Notes: generated by a model from the sequence alone, not told the origin. Shown: positions 1 to 11,465, counted from the first letter of the stretch. The stretch: 64,000 nt of DNA from Tubulanus polymorphus (GCF_964204645.1 NC_134027.1:24762560-24826559), one strand, 5' to 3'. Numbers and translations: made by a program.

Positions 1-273
1 GGATCAGCTCGACGAAGCGATCGCGATCGTCGACGGTTACAACAGTTACTTCAGTTTCTCGCGCGTTCGAAGCGGCTACTCGGGCGTCGCCACCTATTGT
101 CGTAACGTGACGGCGTCGCCGACTCACGCCGAGGAGGGTCTCACCGGTCGCCTCGCGAGGCGCGCCGACGAGCGACTCGTCGGCGCGTACGGAAATCTCG
201 ACGCTTTCTCCGACGACGAATTGGATAGTTTGGACGCGGAGGGTCGCGCCGTTTTAACGCAGCACAAAATCAA
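1..273 (+). CDS. APEX2: APEX2 (AP endonuclease 2) coding exon; first exon visible, gene 5' end lies upstream of the window
   Basis: Frame from nt 2 reads DQLDEAIAIVDGYNSYFSFSRVRSGYSGVATYCR...AEEGLTG...LDAEGRAVLTQHKI, the ExoIII/APE-family GYSGVA and D-x-EGR motifs in their APE2 form. Phase-2 donor AA|GTAGGT at 274. Confidence 0.95.
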
Positions 274-400
274 GTAGGTTTCGTTCGTTTCTATCCGACT
301 TCAGATATCTCTGTATTTGCTGAATTTTTAAAAGGGCTGCATTCATTGTTTAGTTTATGACATGATGGCTGCTGAAGTAGCAAGGTTTTTTAATCCCCCC

Positions 401-512
401 GGGGCCCGGTTTTATAGACTGGTATTACCTTTAACCAGAGGGTTAACTCGATTGAAAATGAATTGAGTGAACCCCCGGGTTAAAGGTAATACCAGTCTAT
501 AAAACCGAGCCC
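401..512. mobile_element. Short hairpin MITE, probably PIF/Harbinger-type
   Basis: GGTTTTATAGACTGGTATTACCTTTAACC...GGTTAAAGGTAATACCAGTCTATAAAACC inverted repeat. Further copies at ~1269-1376 and ~34790-34863. Confidence 0.7.
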
Positions 513-815
513 TGGAAAATACAGAAAATTAAGCTAGTTTTGGTGTAATTTCTATTTTTCACATTAGCTCAATATATTTCATAGCATTTCGGCATTGATT
601 GACTATTGGCATTGATTCTGGTAAGGGCAGAAGATGTTTTATAAGGGGCGGTTGATATTCAGGTGTTTGTTTTTTTCAAGAAAGGAATGTAAGGAAAAAG
701 GGAAAAAAAGTGAAAAGTTGAAAATGAAACTTGAAAAGAAACTTGATTGCATCTACAGACCACACTCCCCCAAGTCGGTGAAAAAAGTGAACGGCTAAAA
801 ACTTGAAAACAAGCC

Positions 816-992
816 ATTAACATTGAAGAACAGTTAACAAGCTGTTAACATCGAAAAACAGTTAACAAGCTGTTAACATCGAAAAACAGTTAACAAGCTG
901 TTAACATCGAAAAACAGTTAACAAGCTGTTAACATCGAAAAACAGTTAACAAGTCATTAACATCGTAAAGCAGTTAACAAACCGTTAACATC
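816..992. repeat. 28-bp minisatellite, ~6 copies
   Basis: Unit CAGTTAACAAGCTGTTAACATCGAAAAA. Confidence 0.9.
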
Positions 993-1497
993 AAAAATTG
1001 GACCTCATTCAACGATTGGACTGAGCTTGATAGCCGGTGCAATGATGTACCGGTTCGCGTTTTAATCACGTTTAGATTCTTTCCGAAACGATGCTGTTCT
1101 TTAAGGTAAAAGAAACGTATTTAACCGGGGCCCGCGCACTAGCTTCACAGCCACAACTAAGCCACGGCAATTTATCAGCGGATTTCGACGCCGAAAACTT
1201 TCCCGCGCCATTTTGCTTTTTGGCGACTAGAATATCAAATGTGTAAGATATCAGCGTCTAAAACACTAGGGCCAGTTTTATAGACTGGTATTACCTTTTA
1301 CCCGGGGCCAACTCGATTTATTATCAATTGAATTAGCCCGCGGGTTAAAGGTAATACCAGTCTATAAAACCAAGCTGAGGGCCCAGTTTCATGAGAAAGA
1401 AAATTTTTGGTGTAATTGCCATTGGTAACTACACGTTTTCAATGAGGACAACAATTCAAATTTAACCGTCTTAAGCTTAAACTATTACCGGCCCCTG

Positions 1498-1657
1498 GGC
1501 TGGGTTTCATAGATGTGGAAGAAAAATAGTCCCTGGGAATATTTTGAAGTTCGTCAGTTACAACCATGGTTTCTCATTGCGACTATGGTGGTTGTCACCC
1601 AGATTGAGGATTTACCCCGCAGGGATAACTTCGATACTCAGTCCATGAAACCGGGCC
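1498..1657. mobile_element. PIF/Harbinger-type MITE within a MITE cluster (~1125-1660)
   Basis: GGCTGGGTTTCAT...ATGAAACCGGGCC imperfect TIR with CTG on both sides. Confidence 0.6.
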
Positions 1658-2413
1658 CTGGAAGTTTCACCCGTACGCCGGCGATTGTGACGCGCGCTCG
1701 GTTGTGGCGGCATTTACGCTAATGTGCGATTCTCGTACCAACTATGTCAAATTAATTCTGAGCTATAGGTCTAGACCGATATTCAATCCTCGACATTTAG
1801 TATAAAATATCAATTATTTAGGATATCAATATTTTACAAGTTGAAAGTATTAATATAATGATAGTAATTATAACAATAACTTTTTTTTATACCGCTGTCG
1901 ACTGCGTTTTAGAGCGGTTTACATGAAATATATCATATACAAATCTTATATAATAATACCGAACATTCGCACCGACTGCTGCGTCGTTACTGCACGTATC
2001 GCCCTGGAAATTTTCCTGATTTGACGTGGGCACGGGTGATCACACTACATAAAAGGCCACTTTAAAATGCTTTAAAGTACTGAGTACGCCTGATGATGGC
2101 TAACAGTTGTTAGCCATCATCAGGCGTGTATTCATCATCCTGAAAAAAGATTGCGTAAATACCAGACTTGAAACTCCAAATTGTACCCTAGTTTTGTCAT
2201 TATTCCAGCTGTTGGTCCTTAATGGCCCATAAATTAAAATCATATTTATTTCGGAATATCTTAAGTAATATTGTGAACTTGATGAATGTTCGGTATTAAA
2301 ATGGCTCGCGTTAATTCTTTAAACTTGTAAAATATTGATATTTGAGGATTGAAACTTAAGTTGATTTATACTCGATTTCCAAAGCTGTCAACCTGATATT
2401 AAACAACAGACAG

Positions 2414-2448
2414 TATATAACTGATAGATTTCTAGGGGTAGATCATTG
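2414..2448 (+). promoter_or_regulatory. TATA box and initiator of the nested peptide gene
   Basis: TATATAA at 2414-2420. Inr-like TCATTG has its A at 2445, 31 nt downstream of the TATA start (canonical spacing). Confidence 0.65.
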
Positions 2449-2475
2449 TTCTGAAGCTGATAACAAACTCATCAG
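2445..2475 (+). other. Non-coding first exon (5' UTR) of the nested peptide gene
   Basis: Runs from the Inr to a perfect donor CAG|GTAAGT at 2476. The matching acceptor CTTTCAG| at 2902 sits 1 nt before the ATG. Confidence 0.65.
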
Positions 2476-2903
2476 GTAAGTGCGTAAACTACGGGTGACG
2501 AGGTAAGAAAACTTTTCGATCAAATCAAAGTTCTACGATAAGAGGAAAAGAATAGAAGCGGACGATTTTACGATTTCAAATTTGCGTCATTTCGATAGCC
2601 ATTTTCGACATAAATGATGTAAAAACTGATCATTGTACGTAAAACTGACTAGACAACCGATGAAATGTGATGATAACTTGTTGGTCGATTTAAAACCTCC
2701 ATTGTTATTCATGCATTGTTATCGCATTGTTTTTCGAACTAGATTTTACCATTTATTGCGGGACTTCGACGTACGAAACAAAATGCGCATCTATTTTGAA
2801 TAACTGAAAGATTAAATCAACAATATTATTGTAGGCCTAACTGTTACAGTGATTCGGTAGTTGTTTAACTGAATCTAATAAACATTTCGAATTCGCTTTC
2901 AGA

Positions 2904-2973
2904 ATGTTTACTAAAACCCTGTTCATCACGTTGGCCTTGTTAATGGTCGTTGGAGCTGTCGCGGCTACTGAAG
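2904..2973 (+). CDS. Nested secreted cysteine-rich peptide gene, coding exon 1 (signal peptide)
   Basis: ATG at 2904 gives MFTKTLFITLALLMVVGAVAATE: basic N-region, hydrophobic core, small-residue cleavage zone. Phase-1 donor AAG|GTACGT. Confidence 0.85.
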
Positions 2974-3061
2974 GTACGTTATGAGGTTTTTGCTACAGCG
3001 AGTTTTTTATTTCAAGTATTCATTTTAGTATATACAGCCTAAACCGATAAACCGCCATGCC

Positions 3062-3097
<36 letters not shown>

Positions 3098-3400
3098 ATT
3101 TCTTTACCGCTCTCCACTACGTCTTATAGCGGTTTACATAAAGTATACACATCATATTACATTTCAATAAAAGGTTGTTTGAAAAGGTAGGTTTTCACAC
3201 CAGATTTAAATTCATCGATATCTGTGCAACTGCGTTAATAAGAGAGCAGATTGTTCCGTAAAATCGGAGCAGCCGAAGCAAAAGCTCTTTCACCGTAAAG
3301 AATTGTATTAAAAGGTACATGAGACAGAATAACTTGATTTGTAGATCTAAGACATCGACTAAGTCTATGAAGAGACAGCATTTCTTGAATATACCGCCAC
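3062..3400 (-). mobile_element. 3' fragment of an L2/CR1-group LINE in intron 2 of the peptide gene
   Basis: Minus translation YGERAFASAAPIL...DEFKSGVKTYLF is a typical LINE ORF2 tail, followed by a TGTAAACCGC 3' end and an (ATT)n tail. Confidence 0.75.
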
Positions 3401-3415
3401 CCCCGCCTACTTAGT

Positions 3416-3633
3416 ACCCTCAGTAGCTCAGTGAGATGAGGCGTGATGCTGTTGCAGCCACTATCATTGCTGAGTGACAATGGGTTCGGGTCCCGCTGGC
3501 TGCTTACCGTGTGCGGGGCAACGCTTCAAAGGCCGCGGTCCTGTTGTGAGGTTAAATGAATAATCCAATAGGGTTAGTCTCAGGAAAACAAGATCCCAGT
3601 AAAGTAAAACCTAAACAAACAAAAACAAACAAA
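3416..3633 (+). mobile_element. tRNA-derived SINE
   Basis: A-box-like TAGCTCAGTGAG, B-box-like GGTTCGGGTCC and an (AAAC)n tail. The 3' part AATAATCCAATAGGGTTAGTCT recurs on - at ~63685-63752. Confidence 0.7.
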
Positions 3634-3917
3634 GGTCAAACATACTCTATATACCACCGAAATCGTTCTGCACCAGGGAGGGGGGGGGGGTTGACTGTAA
3701 TTATATCTACTAAAACTCATTGTGCTGCCATCTTTTTAAAACATATCAAGTCATATCTTTTTTAACTCGTAATGTAATCTTTTCTCGATATTTGTGTATA
3801 TTTTGTCTATTTTTGTCTCGTACTATACCTACCACTTCGTTGACGCATTGCCATAATGTTTTATCGTAAAATTTTGATAGCGTCAATTTAAGATTGAATG
3901 GAATTATCTATTTACAG

Positions 3918-4045
3918 AAATTCGGGTCGCAAAGAGATACACGAGGTGTGTTTGTCGTGGCAAACCTGGCAAGTATCACTGGGCGAGTTCGTCTAATGGC
4001 CATTGTTGTAGAGGTCCCTACGGAACCAGATGTTGTCCTAATTAA
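3918..4045 (+). CDS. Nested secreted cysteine-rich peptide gene, coding exon 2 (propeptide, KR site, mature six-Cys peptide)
   Basis: Acceptor CTATTTACAG| is phase-compatible with the signal exon. Reads (E)IRVAKR-YTRCVCRGKPGKYHWASSSNGHCCRGPYGTRCCPN*, TAA at 4043-4045. Confidence 0.85.
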
Positions 4046-4108
4046 GATTTTCGTTCTTTCGCTGATTCCTAAAGGAATTGATATCTAAAGGGATTGATAT
4101 TCCAGTCG

Positions 4109-4114
4109 AATAAA
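4109..4114 (+). terminator. Polyadenylation signal of the nested peptide gene
   Basis: AATAAA about 64 nt after the stop, followed by a T/GT-rich tract at ~4144-4165. Confidence 0.6.
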
Positions 4115-4917
4115 ACCAACAGATACAAAATAGTCTACGACCGGTTTTCTGTTCACTTTTTTGTCGACTCTGGGCGTATGACGGCCTGTAGATGCAATCA
4201 AGTTTTTTTCAGATAATAATGATAATGATAATAATATTATAATGATAGATTTGTATAGCGTCTGTTTCATTGAAACAATTTTCACCAGCGCTTTTATGAT
4301 AGTGATACTAAATTAGAGTTCATCGGATGGCTGGCTATTAAATCTACGTCAAGATCGAGGGTCTCGCAAAGGATGAATTATGATTAATTGTTGATTCAAG
4401 TAACTCTATATATATATAATCATGCAGTAAGTGATTGTCATGTAATAAATCGGCGATATTCTGTTGCGAAACCGATATTCACGCTGCTATCATCGTCAGT
4501 TTTTAAATAATAGCGCATGCGCATTGATGGCGAATACAGCGCAAAGTACGCTCTAAGTTCCCCCCCCCCCCCGCACACCGACGAGCGTACTTTGCAATGT
4601 GGCGAAATATATCAAAACACGTTAGATATTTGGCGAACAGCTTAAACAGCTAAATACACCGGAAAAATCACTTGCACACGAGAGCGACTGCATTGTTCGG
4701 GCCTCGATGTTCGCGATGACTTTTTATCGTTGACAATTTGAGCAGCCGAGTGACATTTCTACACAAAAATAAAAATGAAATACGTCGGGCATTATTACAT
4801 GAATAAGTCTTTGTTAATGTTGAGGCTAGACTCGTTGGCCGCGGCATTTTCAGAAAAAAAAACGAGTATGCGAAAGAATGGTATTTTACTTTGCATGACT
4901 TCGCGTTAGACGCACCG

Positions 4918-5190
4918 ACCACACAACTATGGAACTGGATCCAGAGTCAATTCAAACCCACACAACTGTGGAACTGGATGCAGAGTCAATTCAAACCCAC
5001 GCAACCGTGGAACTGGATCCAGAGTCAATTCAAACCCACGCAACCGCGGAACTGGATCCAGAGTCAATTCAAACCCGCACAACTGCGGAACTGGATCCAG
5101 AGTCAAATTAAACTCATACAACTGTGGAATTTGATCCAGAGTCAAATTAAACTCACACAACTGTGGAATTGGATCGAAAGTTAAATTAAA
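4918..5190 (+). repeat. 39-bp minisatellite, family A
   Basis: Unit AACTGTGGAACTGGATCCAGAGTCAAATTAAACCCACAC, ~7 copies. Confidence 0.9.
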
Positions 5191-5619
5191 CAAAAGTGCA
5201 AAAGTTTTTTTAACTGAAGTCCCAGCGGGCTATTGCGTTCCTGTTACCGTTGAATTGTCGTCCCTCGTCCGCGCTTCATCAGAATAAAGAAGACGTTTTG
5301 GGCAAGAAAATGAACCGAGTTCACGCGGAAATCAGTCGGGAGATGCGCTTCTTCGAGTTTCCACATTATTTGCCAATATCGTTCGGGATGGGTATTTTTT
5401 TCTTCGCGTCCTTGAAGGGACCGATCTTATTTGATCCGTACCGGGTTCTATTGCTGATACGGTGAGATCTGTGTGGGTGAAATAAAAAGGTGATATCGGG
5501 TGATTTTGTCGCTGTTACGTGGCACCTCAGCAGGTGTGGCTTACATCAAACTGATAAAACCAACCATTTTAAGAAGTAACGAGAAGCACTCTTAGTGTAT
5601 GTTTCGCAGATGGAATTTT

Positions 5620-6055
5620 TAGTCATCGTTAGATTGGCTATCCGGATAAAAAGGTCTTGAGTTGTGATTTAAGTAAGCTGGAACTGGTTTTGAATTGTTA
5701 GATAGTTCATAGAACTCAAAATAAGCTCAGACTGGTTTTCAAGTTGTTAGAACCTAAGTGAGCTTATGTATTAAGTTGTTAGATAGGCTTTAGAACCAGA
5801 ATGAGCTTAGACTGGTATTCAGTTGTTTGATAACCGAATTGGGCTTTGACTGGTTTTTAGTTGTTAGATTGGCTATAGAACCAAAATGAGCTAAGACTAG
5901 TATTAAGTTGATAGATTAATTATAAAACCAAAATGAACATAGACTTTATCTTTATTTAGTAGATAGATTGGATATGGAATGAAAGTGAGCTTAGACTGGT
6001 CTTAAGTTGTTATATTGGCTATAGAACCGAACTGAGCTAAGACTCGTCTTAAATT
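5620..6055 (+). repeat. 47-bp minisatellite, family B, degenerate
   Basis: TAGACTGGTCTTAAGTTGTTAGATTGGCTATAGAACCAAAATGAGCT-like units. Confidence 0.8.
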
Positions 6056-6168
6056 GAGACCTTATTAGAAACGTTTTTCTTTCATAGTTGAGTTTTCTAC
6101 TTAAATATCACACATAAGCTTGGATTTTACATTTTGGATTGAACAGTCTTTTGATCGATTTTATTCAG

Positions 6169-6312
6169 AGTTGGTGACAATGTTGAAGACGTCGTCGTCA
6201 TTAACGTATACTGTCCTCGCGCCGACCCGGAACGTGAAAATCGTCTACACTTCAAACTACAATTCTACAAACTTCTAGAAATCCGCGTCGCTGCTCTACA
6301 ATCCGCGGGAAG
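6169..6312 (+). CDS. APEX2: APEX2 coding exon
   Basis: Acceptor TTTTATTCAG| and donor AG|GTGAGT. Reads (K)VGDNVEDVVVINVYCPRADPERENRLHFKLQFYKLLEIRVAALQSAG(R), with the APE2 INVYCP motif. Phases match both neighbours. Confidence 0.95.
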
Positions 6313-7084
6313 GTGAGTTAAACCTTTCAGTGCTCATCTTAATTAATAGATACCTGAACATCCTTCTTTAGCACTACTGACTGTCCTATCCAAACATATC
6401 TGTCAGATATTCAAATTTATCATATCCGGGAGGTGGTGCACTAGCAAAATCTTAAACTGTGAAACTGGGTTCAGTGTTTTTCAAAAGGCCTTAAAATTTA
6501 TTCAGTGCAGTGCCTAAATCTTAGTCGCTTCAGCACTATGGCTGACCAATTTGGAATGGACCAAGTCAATACTGTGTTTTGACACATGTTTTTACTTCAG
6601 CAGTTGCTTTTATTCACAAACAGGGAAATCGGCCATTCTTAAGTATCGAACGGACATTTTGGCTGGTCTAAATTGTTCATTTTGGTTGGAGCGGACTAAT
6701 TTAGAACAAATTTTTTCTCTAGTCTTGAATTGGACCAGACTGAATTTACAAGGTTCTCAATAGCATAGCGTGAACGCGGCTATGCGTGTCCTTCATTCAG
6801 GGCTGATTTGTTTTTTTTGCTCTTTAGTATTTTCTGACATTAAGTACGTTCAATGATACAGGTATATATCAACTACCTATTGTATTCGCCGATGAGTATC
6901 GTGATACTTACACATCAATACAATGGGTTCAGTCGTAAGCGTATGTATTCTCCGTTTACAACAGGGTTGAGGGTTTTGTTTTTTCACCATAGTGAATTTG
7001 CGTTTACCATTGAAACCCAAGAGTCATCGCATATTACAAACTATCGGTTAAAACAAACAGATTTTCTGGTCTACTGAAATTTTA

Positions 7085-7440
7085 TGCGCTCGCAACCTTT
7101 CCCCCTTACACCAACCCCCTTTCCAATTATAGCCTCCCGCTGAGTCTCGGGGCAACCTTTTCCCCTTACACCATGCCCCTTTCCAATTACAGCCTCCCCC
7201 TGAGTCTAAGGGCAACCTTTTCCCCTGACACCATCCCCCTTTCCAATTACAGCCTCCTGCTGAGTCTCGGGGCAACCTTTTCCCCTTACACCATTCCCCT
7301 TTCCAATTACTGCCTATGGCTGAGTCTCGGGGCAACCTTTTCCCCTTACACCTCCCCCTTTCCAATAACAGCCTTTTGCTGAGTCTCCGGGCAACCTTTT
7401 CCCCTTACAACATCCCCCTTTCCAATTACAGCCTCCCGCT
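7085..7440. repeat. 60-bp pyrimidine-rich minisatellite, ~6 copies
   Basis: Unit GGGCAACCTTTTCCCCTTACACCATCCCCCTTTCCAATTACAGCCTCCCGCTGAGTCTCG. Confidence 0.92.
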
Positions 7441-9128
7441 TTATCTAAACCACCAACCATTGATAGATATATAACATATTATTGATATAAATGGTTGATA
7501 GTCTGTATGATATTATCAAGATTAAAAAAGAAGTAAATGTACTTCATCTGTTTTCAATGTCATGTTGTGATAAGATAAGTCCGGGTGAACGAACCGTCGA
7601 GTATGTCGAATGTTTTCTCCTTATCTGCGCGACACACATCTTCAAACAACGAATCGAAACTCGTTAGTGAGTTTCTAGACTGTAGACTGTAGCGAATTCG
7701 CTATTTCTGAAAGGTCTTGAATAGAAATTGGTGTTTTTCTTAATCTTGAATTACAATGGGAATTGTCCCCTAGATCGATTGATTGATTATTCATTTGTTT
7801 ATTGATTTGATTTGATTTTATTTGATATGATCAAAATCAGGGGGTTTTGATTTTGAGATCAGATAACTGACGAATCTTCCAACCAGCCTGAACCTGCAAG
7901 CAACTAAACTGATTGGGGTTGATTTCTGTGGCAACGTTTGTGGAAATTACTGCAATAAAAGATCATATTTATTTACTGGGTTGGACCTAGGCTTTTTTCA
8001 AAGGGGACACAGAGTCATAGCCAGTGCTGTGCGAGCTCGTAGATGGGTGGGACATTATTCTAGTGACTTTTCAGGACATTTGATCCCATTGTCTGCATCA
8101 TGGCAACTTTTAAAACTATAGATGTATTCATAAAACGTATCTTAATAGAATTAAGCCAGAAAAAAAGGGCACCCGGAAAATTTCAGGTGGGGGTGTGCAG
8201 CTACGTCATCCTCTCCGGATCCGCCCCTGTTTCGATCGTGGAGATTAACATAATTTTTTTAACGGGAATTTTCGAAAATTCGGCGTCTGGTTTTTTAAAT
8301 CCGTCTGACTCCGTACGCGGTGAAGTATGTAAATACGCGCGAAAGCGCGCCTGCGCAACATGGCACTGTTTACTTTAGGGAATGAATTTTGCGCCGACAG
8401 ACAGCAGCGTCGATGCGATATTATTGAGCCGTTAAATAGCTGACGGCTTTTTAAAAATCTTGGCTCATTTTCGCAATTCAACGCGATATGTCATATATCG
8501 ATTAGCGATAACGATAGCGTTATCGCGATATTTGCAATTAGAAAAAAAAACAAGGAACATATGATATGATTTTTTTTGCATAAAAGATTGCTACAGAGTT
8601 TAATAAAATAAATACACTATTCAAGCAAGATACTGTAGGCCTATATACCAATAAATTATGCGAAGAATGAATTACTTTACATTAGTTATTGTCAGTCACC
8701 TGCGAGGTGGATTCAGGGACCATTGTTGCGGGTAGCACTACTTATAAAAAGGGCATAATCCACGACAAGTGTGTCACTTCCGGAACCAGTTGCAATTCAT
8801 GCGCAATAAGTTGGCTCGGGCCTGGTCCGAGATTTTTGGTTAGGCCAAACAGACGAGGGCCTATTTGACACAGGTGCAAACAGTCTTCCAGGTCGAAAAT
8901 GCGATCATGTGATCGCGGCTTATTTAGTTAGGGTATAGTTAGTGTAAATGTTTATGAACCTACATGATTCCTTCGCTCTAGTCAATCAGAGCCAGCATCA
9001 AACCGCAATTTTGGCGAACGGGCCTTTAAGGTTGCTGCTACTAGTCTTCGGTACGCAATTCCTGATCAAGTTAAATCTAGTCTTACGCTCGAATCTTTTT
9101 GAATCAGATCTTAAACATATCTTCTTAA

Positions 9129-9400
9129 CTCTTTCAGTGCGGTGTACAAATCAGTGATAGATTTTGCTAGTACACCGCACTGTGGTGTATTGATGTAATT
9201 AGTAATTAGTAATTATCTCTCTTGAAAGATGGCAGCACCTGTCAAACATAGTGAAATATTAGTAACCAACGATACACCGCACCGCAGTGTAGACGCACTA
9301 TAGCGGTATTCCCGTTATTCAACACACTAGGGCGGAATTATTAAAAATTTTCAAATTATCTCCAGCACTATAGGGTATTAATTAGTCAGCACTGAAAGGG
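9129..9400. mobile_element. piggyBac-type MITE, same family
   Basis: TTAA-CTCTTTCAGTGC...GCACTGAAAGGG-TTAA; shared core. Confidence 0.8.
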
Positions 9401-9959
9401 TTAAACGCGTCTATTTCCCGCGATCTCATTATGAATTGTGTCTTTTTTAAAACCGTTCCAATATTCGTGTATCGTCTCGATTGCGTTGTGAAAATTGAAA
9501 ATAAAGCGCAGCGGATTATTACGTAGTAGGCACACGCGCTATAAAAGACAATAGATTAATATTATCATTATAATTTTTATTATTATTATTATTATTATTG
9601 CGGGCCTTTCGTCGCATTTGAAATGAAACCTCGAAATGCTCTCTTACAATTCTTCGTTGAGTGTGTGGGGTTATTTTTCAATTGCGCGTTGATTATAATT
9701 GATATATGGTGTCTGTATGCTTCCATCGATATTCGAGTACCACGCAGTACATAAGTTTTTTTTTTTTATAGTTTAAATGTTGACAGCCCCGCTGTCATAT
9801 ACGCGTTACATTATTTTTTTTCATAGCCGCTATGATATGATATGACATGATTATTATTTACATAAAAGATAGCTACACAGTTTACTTAAGGGTGCATGAT
9901 GAAGTCTCCTGTGGACGTAATATTGTTTAATGATAATTCACGATTTAACGATTATTTAT

Positions 9960-10230
9960 TTTACACGGGCATTTTTTGCCGGGAACAACCGTCCCGAGGG
10001 TGCCAAATGGGCCGAATTTGGCCCGACCAAAAACGTGGGACCAAGTTTTTAGCACGGGTCAAATAATTGCGTGTGAATTGCAACCGGTTCCTGAAGCGAC
10101 TCACTTCACTTTGTTTAGTATCGAGTGAGTGGTTTACGTGTGAACGCGCGCTATCTAATTAGCCACGGGCCAAATTTGTCTCAGGGCCTGGTCCGGGCCA
10201 AATCGTCTCTGCGCGATCGCGGCTTATGTT
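9960..10230. mobile_element. Dispersed MITE-like family ending in GATCGCGGCTT
   Basis: Core GAATTGCAACCGGTTCCNGAAGCGACTCAC recurs at ~8760-8920, 23570-23790, 49890-50110, 55300-55550, 55810-56060 and 63030-63110. Confidence 0.6.
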
Positions 10231-11453
10231 TAATTTAATACTGCCCTAAGATTAATCAGCTTGATATCGATATGTACAGTACATTATCCTGTACATTGCT
10301 TATTTAGGATCATTCATTTATTATGTACGCATAAAATTTGAAATTTTCAACCCCCCCTCCCCCTCTGTACGCATAATCGGCCATTTTATCATATACATTA
10401 AGCATTACAGTACGCAATTGCACTGACCCCTCCCCCTCCCTTAATGCGTACATAATAAATGAACGACCCCTTTTTCAAAATTACGATCAGGCTAACCATA
10501 ACAAGACCCGGCAGCTATATTTTTAAATTTCGTAAATAGAATCTACAATTGATTGAGTCAAAGGATCAGATTACATATTGTGTATTATATTATATATTTC
10601 ATATACGTAGATTAAACTTGATTCAATCACAAGCAAAGTTGCGCAGTATTTCCTGTAATTCTACGTGCGTAATATCTGTCCGGGGGTTGTTCGGATAATG
10701 GCAGAGAATCTAAATCTCTTAAAGCGTCTACTTCATCGAAATGAACTGATTACGAATTTTATCGCATTTCAACAAAAGCGGCCCGGCCGATCGGGAGAAA
10801 TGCGGTATCGTTTTTTTTTAGGCCGATGAATTTTTCCGAATTCGAGATCGTGGCGTCGGGTATAGCTGGATAGCGTCTAGTCGTAATGAGTTATCGCGAG
10901 AGCCCTTTTAGTTACTGTAGGATATCTGTTCAGCTGATTGGAATTCACACTGTTTGTGACGTTCGATAGTAGTTCACTGCAGTTCACTGTGTTTGGTCAT
11001 TCACCTTAGCTGAACGATGTCAAGGTCGTATTCGCGCAATAACAACATGGCTCTCTCTCTCTCTCTCTCACTCTGTCGAGGCAGAGCGTACCGTGCGAGT
11101 GTTCTACTTCGAATTTAAACTTTTTCGGTATCAGTTTGAAAACAGCGGCTGATCTAGGGTCTGATTCAGCGAGGGGCGCACCCACAATATTGGGCGGGTG
11201 CATCAAAGTATTAATAGGTCACCCCCGAGAAAGCTCATCGGAAAACATTTTCGAATGTAAAAAAAATGAACGAGCTCGTGGATTTAAGGTTTTTTTTACC
11301 CGTATCAGTTTGATATTTTTCATTTTCCCATAATATTCCAGGGCCAGTTTACATCTTGGGGGGGGGGGGGTTGTGGTGTGTGCCCTCGGCAACCTCTACT
11401 CTGATCCGCCCTGCGAAAATCAACTTAACTGAATTGGGATACGAAGTGATGTG

Positions 11454-11465
11454 TATATATATATA

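Noticed and set aside
3894-4088. Track ORF MNGIIYLQKFGSQ...
   Set aside because: An alternative frame over the peptide exon. The frame set by the splice phase gives the KR plus six-Cys peptide.
4891-5193. Repetitive ORFs (QLWNWIQSQFKPT, LTLDPVPQLCG); also 17857-18620, 42242-43932 and 7048-7382
   Set aside because: Minisatellite translations in introns, open in several frames.
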